From: Schmidtea polychroa
Taxonomy: Eukaryota
Assembly: GCA_044892525.1 (NCBI GenBank)
Contig: CM097885.1
Location: 13,890,001-13,954,000, forward strand
Direction of reading: 5' to 3'
Length of the DNA: 64,000 nucleotides
This document shows, one piece after another, positions 12,196 through 23,970 of this stretch. A program made the position numbers and the translations under genes. Every line of letters starts with the position of its first letter. Position 1 is the stretch's first letter. Below the pieces are notes generated by a model. That model saw nothing but the letters and a program-made list of their open reading frames with translations, was not told where the DNA came from and made no database searches.

Positions 12196-15100
12196 AAATT
12201 TTGTTGTCTTTTTCGCTGAATCTGATTTGTCTGTGTTTCTGTTCGTTCTTGTGTTTTGTATTTTGGGTGATTATTTTGAGGGTTTTGGTTGTGATGATCG
12301 TTAAATGTGGTGCTTTGTTTTCGTGATATGGTTTTAATCTGCGTATGTTTATTTTGGTTTGTTTATTGTCTTTTAAAATTGTGCCGACGTTTTTGTACAT
12401 ATTTAACAGTTTGTATGGGCCTTCGTACTTTATTTCAAATCCGCTAGTGAAAGGTTTCTTTACTAAGGCCATGTCTATTATTGGTTCTGTTGGGTTTTGA
12501 GTTTGTTGAGTGTTTTTGTTTTTTAGAATGCTTTTTTGTTTGGGTATTGGTGATTCTTTATCGATTGTTTTTATCTTGTTTTTGTTTTCATCTTTTAAGT
12601 TTGATAGGTTTGTATTGTGTCCAAAAGCTGATTGGCTAGGACTTTTATTGTTTAAGCTTGAAGGATTGTTTCGTAATCCTATTAGTATTTCTGGCAATTT
12701 TTCTAACCAGTTGTTGTTATTATTCGTTTTTGTTCTGATTTTGTTGATGTTATATTTGTTGCAAAGTCTTTTGGAAATGTCGGATTCGAACTGATCGCTG
12801 ATTATTGTTTTTAGGCAGCCATACCGTGCGAACCAGTTTAGTTCTAATTTACTGCATATTTTTGCTGCTGATATTTCCTTTATGAGTATGGCTTCGAACC
12901 AATTTGTTTTTCCGGTCTATTATAGTTAATAAATACTTGTTTTTATTATTTGGAGGTAGATGACCGACTATGTCGATATTTATCGTTTCGAACGGTTTAG
13001 AACTTGGGAATTTTACAATTGATGTTTTGAATTGTCTTGTTGTTATTTTATTCTTTTGACACTGCGTGCAATTTTTTACGAACATTTTTATGTCCCTTCT
13101 CATATAAGGCCAAACAACTTTGGTATGCAGAAGTTTGTATGTGGCTTTGTTTCCTGGATGGTAAATGTTGTGATATTTCTGGAGGTATTGATCGCGCAGT
13201 TCTGCTGGTACTATAATTCTTTTGTTGTTGTCGTTTGAAGTGTCGTACCATATGCCGTCTTTCTTCCAATTGGAGTGAATTCAACTTTGGAATTTCGATT
13301 ATTGTTTCTTTTTGTTTAGTTTTTAAATTTTCTAACTCTATGATGGTTGGTATGTTAAATGCATTGATGTCGGTTTTTATTCTTGATAATGCGTCTGCAC
13401 TTATGTTAGCTGAACCTGCTATGTATTTTATTTTACAATTAAATTGTGAGATATAGTTTAGTTGTCTTTTTCATGTTCATTGCGTTTATTAAGGGGTTAT
13501 GATCGGTATACACTTCAAATTCCTTTCCTTCCAATAGGTATTGGAAATGTCTGATTGTATCATGTAGCGCTAATAACTCCCTGTCGAAAGTGGAATATCT
13601 CATTTGGTGAGTTTTAAGTTTCTTTGAAAAGAAGGCTATTGGTCTTTTTTCGTTGTTTTCTTCTTGGAATATCGTTCCGCCCTTTGTTGATCCCGAACAG
13701 TCTGTGTTGACTATGTATGGTAATTCTTGGTTGGGATAGCTTAGGATGCTTGCGTTTTTCAGGTTTTCTTTTGCCTGTTTAAAGCTGTTATTAGTTTTTC
13801 GTTCCAATTTATTTTGATGATTCTCTTCATTTTGTTCAGTTCGTTGAGAGGGGCTAGCATTTCGCTACATTTTGGTATGTATTTGTGATAGAAGTTGATC
13901 ATGCCAAGGAAACGTCTTAGCTCTTATGTTGTTTTGGGTAACGGGTAGTTTTTGATTGCTTTGATTTTGTCGTCTAATGGTTTTATTCCGTTTTCGTTTA
14001 ACAGATGTCCCAAAAATTTTATTTCTCTTTTCAAAAATTCACATTTTTTTATGTTAATTTTTAGTTCATGTTTGTTTAATATTTCGAACACGTTTTTAAT
14101 GTTTTGTATGTTCTGTTTTGTTTGCTGATGCTATCAAGATGTAGTCTAGGTGTGCTACTGTGTTTCGTTGATTTTGAAACATTTGGTACATGAAGCGTTG
14201 GAAAGTGGCTGCTGCGTTTTTTAATCCAAAAGGCATTTTGTTATCTTCGAAAAGTCCTATGGGTGTGATGATTGCGGTTTTCTTTATGTCTTCCGCTCTG
14301 ACAGGAATTTGATGACAGGCTTTTTCTAAGTCTATTTTGCTGAAAATTTTGGGTTTGTTAAATTTGTTAATGATGTCTTTTATTATTGGAATTGGGTATT
14401 TGTCAGCTGTTGTGATATTGTTTAATACTCTCCACAGACTCGCCAATTACCGTTTGCCTTTTCTTTAAGCATGAGAGCTGATGACCAGTTTGAGTTTGAG
14501 TGTTTGATGATTTGGTTTTCTAGTAGTTCGTCGAATATTTTCTTAGGTATTTCGAGTTTATTTTTGTCTAAAAATCTGACTTTTGCATGGACTGGGTTTC
14601 CGTTGCTAATCATTATGTGTTCGGTTATGCATTTTGTGTTATTGTTTGCCTCTAGTTTATTAGTTATATTTGGTACATTTTGTATTAGTTTTGCGATTTC
14701 ATTAGGTATATGCCAGTTTGTTTCTGTTTTTGTTTCACGTGTTGGCCTGTTATTACTCCGATGTCACAATTGATTTGTTTCTTGGATTGTTTATTTTTGT
14801 TGTATATGTTGTTTAAATTGTTTGGTAAGACATTTCCATTCTTGCAGTCGACTAGTAGATCGACGTTTGAGAGGAAATATGCTCATAAAATGACTTATTT
14901 GACTTCAGCAATAGTGAATTGCCAATTGTTTTGTATGTTGTTGAGGGTGATTTTAATGTTTTGTTTCCCGAACGTTTTGATTGGGCTGCGTTTGCTGCAC
15001 ACAAATTCGCGGTTTCTGTTTTTGTATTTTTATATAAGTAATTCGGTAACAATGAAATTATTGAGCCTGAATCAACGAGAAAGTTAAGGCTATTGCAATG

Positions 15101-16582
15101 CACCGTGAAAGTTTGGCTGTCACCAATTATCGGTGTTATCATTGGTGACTTTATATGTTTCTCGACTCTTCTTTGTCGAAGGTGCAGGGTTTGTTGCATT
15201 TGTATGCTTTTTTCCCAAATTTATTGTGGTAGTAACAATAGTTTTGGTTTGTGCATTTATTAGTGTTGTTCCATGTTTTGTTTCTGTCAAAGCTGTTGCG
15301 GCTGCCTGATCTTGTATTTTGTCTTGGATAATTTTGCCTGTTTTCATAATATTGCGTTCTCCCGGATTCTCTTCTTTGTAATTCGGTAATGTCTTTTCTT
15401 AGACTTTTGTTTTCGATAATTATTTCGTTGAATTTTGTTACCAAAGTTGTGAGGAGTTTGTTCGTTTCTTTAGTTTCTGAGCTATTGTGTACCGGGATGT
15501 TTTGTTCGTTATTTTTGGAATAATTTTTCTTTTGGTATGTTCTACATATTTTCGGGTATATTTCGGCGTTGATTTTGTCTGCTATGTTTGCCAGGGTTTC
15601 GAGGTCTGTGCAGTTGCTGACAGCTAGAATTCGTCGTATTTCAGGGGGCATTACGAGCATGAATAGGTCTTTGATAAACTCTTTTAACCCGGTGCTTGTT
15701 ATTTTGGGTTGCAAATATTCGAGTTTTGTTTATGAATTTCGCAGGAATTCAGACGGTTTGTCGTTACCTAATTGTATATCTTTCAAACACGATTCGAGTA
15801 GTTCTAGTTTGTTCATTTTGTTCCTATTTATTAGGGCATTGTATATGTTTTCGAAAGGGTTGTCATCCATTGATATTTCCTCTATTCTATCGGCTATTTC
15901 GTTGAGAATGTTGCTTGGAAGGGCGGCAATTATGTGAGAGCAAACTGTTTTTGATGATTTGATACCTGATAGACTTAATGTTAGTTTGGTGAATTCTAGC
16001 CATTTTTGTGGTGTCCCATTTTCGTCTGTAAAGAAATTTGGGATGTTTGCCTTAGGGTTAAGTATTGCGTTTACCGCAGATGAATTGTCGGGGTTGTAGT
16101 AATAAGTACTGCTTTCTTGTGTTGTGTGTGTGTTTGCTATGTGCGTGTTAGGGTTGTAATGATAGTTTATGTTTTCTGGTGTATGAGTGTTTTCGTAAAT
16201 GTTAGGTATCTGTGTGGTGTTTGTCCGGTTTGTTTGATTGTTTGCCATTTATTGTTTTGTTGTTGTGTTAAAAAAATTATAATAGTTTATCTGAAGGATA
16301 TGGTTTACTGTGTTCGGCCAACAGTGTCGTTAGCCTTTATAGTTCTATAATAACTATACTGAAAGGTTTCGTGATTGAAAGAACAAATGCGGAATGTGTG
16401 TGTTATTGTATTTTTTATCTTCTGACATCAATTATGTTAGTCTATTTATGCAGTAAAAGAAAAACGACGTGGGGATATTGAGTAGAGGTGATGTTGAGTA
16501 GAGGAAAATCGTAGAGCCGACAGAGTCTCCGCAAAAATAACTGTTTGGGATATTTGGCGTGCGTGTATGTTATGAATAAGTA
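12195..16582 (-). mobile_element. Degenerate Ty3/gypsy LTR retrotransposon (gag, protease, RT, RNase H, integrase) with a 5' LTR fragment at 16476-16582
   Basis: gag with CYYHNKFGKKAYKCNKPC, protease FLVDSGS, RT FSKIDL..MPFGLKNAAATFQRFM, RNase H VNTDCS..YSTFDRELLA..TDHNPL, integrase CTQCQKNK..PFETINIDIVG, YEGPY; many frameshifts. Confidence 0.92.
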
Positions 16583-16585
16583 GCT

Positions 16586-16720
16586 AACCTGTCGGAATAT
16601 GATTTTGAACTAAAATATCGGAAAGGCGGAGAACACTTGAATTCAGATGGACTATCAAGATTAAAAAGTATGATTTGCACCCAGTGTCAAACAAGACATG
16701 AAGAAGCTAAGGAAGGAAAA
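16586..16720 (+). mobile_element. Gypsy RNase H C-terminal fragment of another family
   Basis: LSEYDFELKYRKGGEHLNSDGLSRLKSMICTQC. Confidence 0.65.
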
Positions 16721-16726
16721 TAAATG

Positions 16727-16792
<66 letters not shown>

Positions 16793-17282
16793 GTCTCAAC
16801 ACATATATGTAGTAAGTATATGCAATAAAAGGTGTAACTAATAGGGAGATTTAATAACAATATGAATCATAATAAAAAGACCATCAAACAGGCGGAATCC
16901 CTACGAGGACTCCCACATTGACCCGTTTGATGATTATGCTCGTTTATCATAATATATATGTATTCCAATTATAGGAGGTGGCACAAAGATACGGTACATG
17001 ACACATAAACACACATCCACATACATATACTATAATCTAAAAAAAATCGATAAAATTATATTATAGCAACACACAAACTTACCTGTGTGCAAATATTTAA
17101 TGTTCTGAATGTTAAAAGTTTTATTATAGGAATTGAGAAAGTGGCAGAAAAATAATTTTACATACAAACACAGCACACATAATATAAAATACACGCAAAT
17201 TTAATATAGCTTTTTTTAATCCGAAAGTAGAAAGTCATTAACATACTGTTAACATATCATTAATTTAAAATTATTAAAATTC

Positions 17283-17686
17283 ATGACTGAAAAAAATTTG
17301 GATTTTGAATCGGACAACTCACCTTTGAGTTTTCGAGAAATGGATGACAAAACATCGTAAGATCTATTTATAAAATATTTTTGAAGTTAATATTTCTTTA
17401 GATTTTCAGATATTTCTTTGGAGACACTTCCATTTTGCGAAGGTGAAGATTTGACAATGTAAGAATTTTTTTATTTAATTACAAATAATTAAAATATTTT
17501 ACAGCATATCAGATATTTCTAGTCAAACACCTTTGTGTGAAGATATTCAACAAGTTCCATCGACATCTTTGGAATTGAAGAAAAAAATTCGAAAATCGTA
17601 AATTTTAATAACCTATTTAAAAATAATATTTTCATAGAATTTCAGAAAATGACAAAATCCGTCTACATCGTCAAAGAGACTATTGA
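17283..17686 (+). CDS. Orphan 4-exon micro-ORF (~90 aa, acidic/Ser-rich); exons 17283-17356, 17402-17458, 17505-17597, 17638-17686; possibly a truncated gene or transposase N-terminus
   Basis: Three 40-46 bp GT-AG introns (GTAAGA, GTAAGA, GTAAAT), all phase 2, splice into an open frame MTEKNLDFESDNSPLSFREMDDKTSFSDISLETLPFCEGEDLTIISDISSQTPLCEDIQQ..ISENDKIRLHRQRDY*. Confidence 0.5.
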
Positions 17687-18159
17687 AAATGAGCTGGAGA
17701 AAGAAGATTACAAAAACTTAAAAAACAATTTTATCCATATGGATAAATGTCTTAAAATGTCTTAAAAAAATAAATGTGTTTGGTGATAATTTTATTTCTT
17801 TTTAGTTAAAAATATATCTAACTTAAATTTTATTGAAATAATTCCAAATTCATAACATGTCATAAAATACCTAAAAAACACCTGAAATTTAATTATCAAT
17901 ATATTATAAATGCTGATTACAAGTAATATTTAAGAGCTTATATATAATTATATAAAATCAAAATTCAAGCCTTAAAATATACTTAAATTTAAAAAACTTA
18001 CTTCTAAAACCATAAATAAAATTGAATTGAAAATGAAAAAATGAAATAAGCATTCTCATAAATGGTGAGTCATCGACTGATGAACACACCAACATATGAT
18101 ATAGAGACTTTTAACATGTGGAATTTTTAAAATTTTTAAAACAATACTTAATAGTTGGA

Positions 18160-19335
18160 TCTATCGATTTGGAAAACCAAAGAGCATTTTAACAAATAGA
18201 GGCCGAAATTTCGAAGGGAATTTTCTAAGGGAGAAGCTACAGAAACTTGGAATCAAACAGGGATTAAGCTCATCTTACCAGCATCAATCAAATGGTTTAG
18301 CCGAACGAACCATAAATGACGTAAACTATATGACGTAACAGTAAAAGACTCATACCCATTCCCAAAAGCGCAAGAACAATACGATAAATTAAGAGACCCA
18401 AAATATTTTTCAGTCATTGATGCAAATAGGGTTATATGCAAATCCAAATGGAAGAAGGGTGTGCAGAAAAAACAGCTTTTGTCATTGAAGACGGCCTATA
18501 TGAGTATACAAGATTACATTTTTGGTTAACCAATGCACCAGCAGCCTTCCAGTGTTTAATGAATACAATATTAGTAGATGTACAACATTGCGCAGTTTAG
18601 ATGTACGTTATACTAATATCATCAAAAACATTTAAAATAAAAGACATTACAAACGTATTACGGCGATTAAGAAAGGCAAAGATAAAAATTTAATAAACTA
18701 AATGTAAATGTGCGAGCCCTCAGCGTTATTTTTGGGACATATTGTTAGTGTGGATGGCATAACACCAAACCCAGATCAAATTAAAGCAGTGAAAAAGTTT
18801 CCAGTCCCAAAGATATTACAACAAATGCAAGGATTTTTAGGTTTAACAGGGTACTATCGTAAATTTATACAAGACTATGTAAAGATAGTAGCGCCGATGA
18901 TAGAATTAATAAAAGAATAAAAACCAAGGGATAAAGTAAAAATGTATTAATAGTAAAAAGTATTAACGATAAAATCAATAAACCACAAAAGAAATGGACA
19001 GCAAAACATCAAGAAGCTTTTGATCAACTAAAAGAAAAATTAGTAATTGTACAAATATTAAGATACCCAGACTTTAAAAAACAATTGATAGTTATGACGG
19101 ACGCCAGCAGGAGTGCTGTAGGGGCAGTTTTTTCGCTAAAACAATTTAGGCCATACATATATGGAACAGAGGTAGTTATTATAACATACCATAAACCATT
19201 AGAAGGGCTATGGAAGCATAAGTAGATTATTGAAATGGACAATGAAGATACAAGACATGCATATTAAAATTATATATAAACCAGGAGGGATTAACTGAAA
19301 TGCGGACGCATTACCAAGAATCCCTGAGTTAGGAG
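18160..19335 (+). mobile_element. Gypsy pol remnants (integrase fragment fused to RT/RNase H of a second family)
   Basis: FGKPKSILTNRGRNFE..QSNGLAERTI followed by KDSYPFP, FLGHIVS, GFLGLTGYYRKFI, TDAS; paralogous to 52497-53635. Confidence 0.85.
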
Positions 19336-19559
19336 TATTAGGATTCTCATCCGTTACAACATTAATATCTGTTTGCAAATCAATAAATAATTCCATAAAT
19401 TTTATTCAATAAATTTTACGCTCAAAATCTTGTCTTTCTTATTTTTGTTATTTAAACAAATTTCAATTTTCCTTTTAAAATATTTTTCTATAAAAATATT
19501 TTTTTTTTAAATTTAACAAAATTTCTAATTAAATCTTTAAGAATCTATCAACTTCCTCT

Positions 19560-21190
19560 TAATGGCAATTTATTATTGGCCGTGGAATTAGTTGTCGAAT
19601 TTGACCCGTTTTTAGCTTATTGAAAAATATAGAAATCCAGGAAAAGGAGAAACATCATATTTATCGTCAATAGTTTTCGAAAAAATTGTAATATTGATGG
19701 CCGAAAAAGTAAAACAACAAATATTTAAGGAATTAAGAGAAGCAAAATATTATTCAATTAGTGTTGACTCCACTCCTGACATATAACATACTGATCAAGT
19801 TGCTTTTATTATTCGATATGTAAGAAATGGAGTCCCCGAGAAACATATTTTGAAGTTTTTGGAAAATGTAGGGCATAAAGCTGAAGAATAGAGAAAGAAA
19901 TTATACAATTTTTAAATGAAAATAAAATTTAAATAATAAATTGAGAGGACAATCATATGATAATGATAGAAACATGTCTGGAATTTATTCAGGACTTCAA
20001 GTATGAATTAAGAAAATCATCGAATTAGCTCATTTTATACCTTGTGCAGCACACTCAATGAACTTGGTTGGAAAATTTGCGACAGATTGTTGCCGAGATG
20101 CAAAATCCTTTTTCATTTTTTTTACAAGAATTCTTTAATTTCTTTTCTTCTTCAACAAGTCGTAGGTTAGTGCTAACTACAACTTTAAAAGGGCGAACCA
20201 TAAAAAAGAACAAGATGGTCTTGTCGGTATGATACATGCAAAGCTCTGTATGAAAACTGGGCGGGAATATCTGAGGCTTTAAAAAAATATCACAAGATGA
20301 AATAGAATCTTCTCAAGTTAGAAGCCAAGCTCAAAATATTAACAAACAAATGCATCGTCTCGAATGTGCTTCTATGATGACATTTTGGAAATCTATTTTA
20401 GAACGTTTTAATGCTACTAGTTTAAAGTTACAATCCATTGAAAATGAGTTATCAATTATTGTTGAGCAATAAAAATCCTTATCTTATAAATCATATCTTA
20501 GTGAAGAACTGAAAAAGAGGCAAAAGGATATGAATTAATTTACAAAAATTTTGTATTTTTAAACCATTGAACAAAATACCAATCTAAATTAATATTAGAA
20601 AATGCAGAAAATTTATACCAGATACACAAGAACGGTTTAGATGAATGTTTTATGGATGAATGTATGCACTTGGGTTCATATTTGAAAGCTAATGAAATTT
20701 CTGAAAATTCGATATTAGAGCTCAGTAAATTATTATATAGCAAACTGTTTTTCCAAATATAAATATAATCTATATATATAATCTATATATAATATATATA
20801 TATATATATATAATCTTAGGAATTTTTTTGTGCACGCATTTAAGTAACTGTTCTGCGGAACGCAGTTTTTCGTTATCGAAAAGATTGAAAACCTATTTAA
20901 GATCTACTATAAAGGAACAACGCTTAAACGATTTAGTTATATTATCAATAGAAACAGATTTTACATCAAATATATATTATTCTGATATGATTGATGATTT
21001 TGCTGATAAAAAATCAAGGCGAAAATTTTAATGTGTTAAAGCGAAGTAAGAAAAGCAATATTTTACTTAATTAAAGCGTACTCCACTGACATTTTTAATT
21101 GTATATTTGTACTTTTTAATTTTTAATATGAATAATGGGGCGCGGTAATATATATAGCCTAAGGGCGCCAGACATAAAAATGCGGCAACG
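19560..21190 (+). mobile_element. Degenerate hAT transposase (ZMYM1/DUF4371-type) with right end
   Basis: YYSISVDSTPD, GQSYDN, FIPCAAHSMNLV, TRWS and the dimerisation domain CSAERSFSLSKRLKTYLRST..RLNDL; stops and frameshifts. Confidence 0.88.
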
Positions 21191-21404
21191 GAGCCAATAT
21201 ATAGTAATAAATACTGCTGGACATTATTGGAAATATTTATCCAGAAGAAGATAAAATTATTAATATATTTGCTAGAGATATCGATAACATTAACTTTGTA
21301 CTGGAATTTAATTAATTTACGATAAATAATTTGTTGCAATAATAATTATAAATAAAATGTAAAGTGTATATAATCTATTTAAAATAGAATTAGAAATTAT
21401 AATT

Positions 21405-21491
21405 GCTGGGATGAGCCTCGGCGGTCCGGGGTGCAGGCTTCAAACCTGTAGTCGGTTGACACCGGAGTGGTTCGATTCCACCTTTCCAGCG
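21405..21491 (+). tRNA. tRNA-Sec: tRNA-Sec (UCA anticodon)
   Basis: GCTGGGATGAGCCTCGGCGGTCCGGGGTGCAGGCTTCAAACCTGTAG..long variable arm..GTGGTTCGATTCCACCTTTCCAGCG matches the metazoan tRNA-Sec pattern; TCA at 21440-21442; TATA-like TATATAA ~35 bp upstream; T-run downstream. Confidence 0.95.
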
Positions 21492-22233
21492 AGTTCTGAA
21501 AATTTTATTTTTTACACAATTTTACATATTTGCATTCATTAATATAATTTCTCTCATAATATAAAATTATAATCATAAATATTATCAATCCTACTGATTA
21601 GGATCCAACTTTAATAATCTCAACTGCGATTATCATAATGTTGAATTACAATTGCTTTTACTTGCAAGGACCACCCTTTATCTCATCACCATATTCTTGA
21701 AGTAATTAATTCTTTTATTTCTGTCATAAAATTTTAAAAATTAAATATAAATATAAATTATTCAGTGATAAAATTCATTTATAAATCGAAAGCAAAATGT
21801 GAAAAGAATTAACTATTGATTAATTTATCAGTAGAATTGAATTATTCAAAAAATTAAGTTTTAACTTTATTAATTAATAATGAATTATGTAATTTTATCA
21901 CAATATATTTGTAAATAAAAATTATAAATAAAATAATAAAATAGTTTGTATAGTTTTCTGATTCCGCACAACAATACTGTGCATAAAATTCGAATGCAAA
22001 TTAATTATATATTCAAAAATGCAGCGACGTATCAAGAGTTTGTGCCACCTGGGACAGTCCTTAACTTTGCCTCCTCTCCCCATATAATTATCTAAAACAA
22101 AGTCTGACCTACCTAAGAATGTATAATGAATATATTTTTATCCTTTATGTAAAATATTTGATTTCTTATTTAAACATTATGTTGTAATAAAATATGTTAT
22201 AAAATAATGCATTGCCAAGTTATTGAGTATAGG

Positions 22234-22475
22234 CAGTGGCGTAACTAGTGGACGTTGAGGGGGCCCACCGGCTATAGGGGTCCCAAAATTATTACTGAAA
22301 AATATTTACAATCATTTTCTGAAAATTTTTCCCGCAGTTATATCTGCCTACAAACATAAAACTATCATTGAATAGCGGCTGCTGCGAATAACTATGTATT
22401 AAACTTTAACCGAAAAATTTAAGTGGAAATATTTTACATTGCGCGGGGAGCCCAAATTTTGAAGTTCCGCCTCTG
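22234..22475. mobile_element. hAT-type MITE in the left IR arm (second copy 56510-56759)
   Basis: Termini CAGTGGCG / CGCCTCTG (CGCCACTG in copy 2); perfect 8-bp TSD AGTATAGG. Confidence 0.85.
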
Positions 22476-22907
22476 AGTATAGGACAATATCCTCCTGGAC
22501 AAATACCCCCTTCTCTTGTTATTATTGCATATTTTTTAGTATGAATATAATAATAAAGACATTGTAGTTTATTAACAAGTAATTATAAATTAATTAATTG
22601 CCCGGAGGATATTGTCCGAGGGTATATTATCCAGGATGATATTGTTATGGGGATATTGTCCTTATACCCAATTTATTACAATAATTATGCTTGATGAATA
22701 AAACTGTGATAATATTAATTGACAAATTCGCATCGTTCTGAGAATAACTATTCTAAATGACAATCAGAAAATGTTGAAATTTCTGTTACTATTTTTAGAA
22801 ACGCGTTGTCATTCAATCCACGGTGGAAAATTTGATGCAATTCAGAATCACTATAAATATTCAATCTTTTCTATTAATTTTATTGTTTGATTTCATTATT
22901 GTATTAA

Positions 22908-23536
22908 ATGGGAATACTTTTGAGTATATTATACAATTTGCTAAACGAGTTATCTCAATCTGATCCTCGGAGAATCCTAATGTTGGGATTGGATGCTGCT
23001 GGTAAAACCACAATTCTATACAAATTGAAACTCAATGAAACTGTGACAACGATTCCAACAATCGGATTCAATGTGGAGGAAGTTTCAATTGGGAAAGGTT
23101 TGAAATTCACAATTTGGGATGTGCGAGGTCAAGAGAAGATTTGACAGTTATGGAGACATTACTATACGAATTGTCATGGATTGATTTATGTAGTGGACAG
23201 CAATGATGTGGAAAGGTTGAAGGAATCAAGAGATGAATTATTTAAGATTGCTGAATGTGACGAGATGGGAAATGTAAATCTAGATTTGATAGGAAATTGA
23301 AATGTTTAACATTGATTCAGATTCCAATAGTGGTGATTGCAAACAAACAAGATTTACCAAATGCCATGTCACCAAGTAGAATTGTGGAAGGGTTAGAATT
23401 ATCGAAACTGGAGCGCACTCACAAATGGCACCTGCAGGCATGTTGTGCAGTTTCCGGTGATGGACTGTACGAGGCATTGGAAGCAATAGTGAAATTATCA
23501 TCAGAATACTTGAAGAATTGTAAATCATTTCGGTAG
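22908..23536 (+). pseudogene. ARF/ARL small GTPase, two exons (22908-23273, 23321-23536), premature TGA at 23142-23144
   Basis: MG start, [23 protein letters not shown] (G3 altered from DVGGQ), VVDS, ANKQDL; 47-bp phase-0 intron; CGA>TGA relative to the second copy. Confidence 0.88.
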
Positions 23537-23731
23537 ATTATTGGAAAGGTTTTCTGAAAGGAAATTGCGAGACATATTTTCAATAAAATTATTTTTCTGT
23601 TTTTTTATTTTTATTTTGTATTTTTGAATTATATTTGTAAAAATTTATTTAAATGAAATTCAGAACGATGCGAATTTGTCAATTAATATTATCACAATTT
23701 CATTCATCAAGCATAATTATTGTAATAAATT

Positions 23732-23970
23732 GGGTATAAGGACAATATCCCCCAAACAATATCATCCTGGACAATATCCCCATAACAATATCATCCTGGA
23801 TCATATACCCTCGGACAATATCCCCCGGGCAATTAATTAATTTATAATTACTAGTTAATAAACTACAATACCTTTATTATTATATTCATACTAAAATATA
23901 TGCATTATTAACAAGAGTGGGGGGTATTTGTCTAGGGGGATATTGTCCGAGGGGATATTGTCCTATACTC
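23732..23970. mobile_element. MITE with GGACAATATCC subterminal repeats (also 22225-22669 and ~56501-56945)
   Basis: TIRs GGGTATAAGGACAATATCC / GGATATTGTCCTATACTC; 8-bp TSD AATAAATT. Confidence 0.75.

Noticed and set aside
23142..23144. In-frame TGA in ARF close to tRNA-Sec, suggesting a selenoprotein
   Set aside because: The TGA replaces a conserved Arg (CGA), and the other copy has its TGA at a different Ser codon. It is not a Cys position, no SECIS was recognised, and tRNA proximity is irrelevant to recoding.
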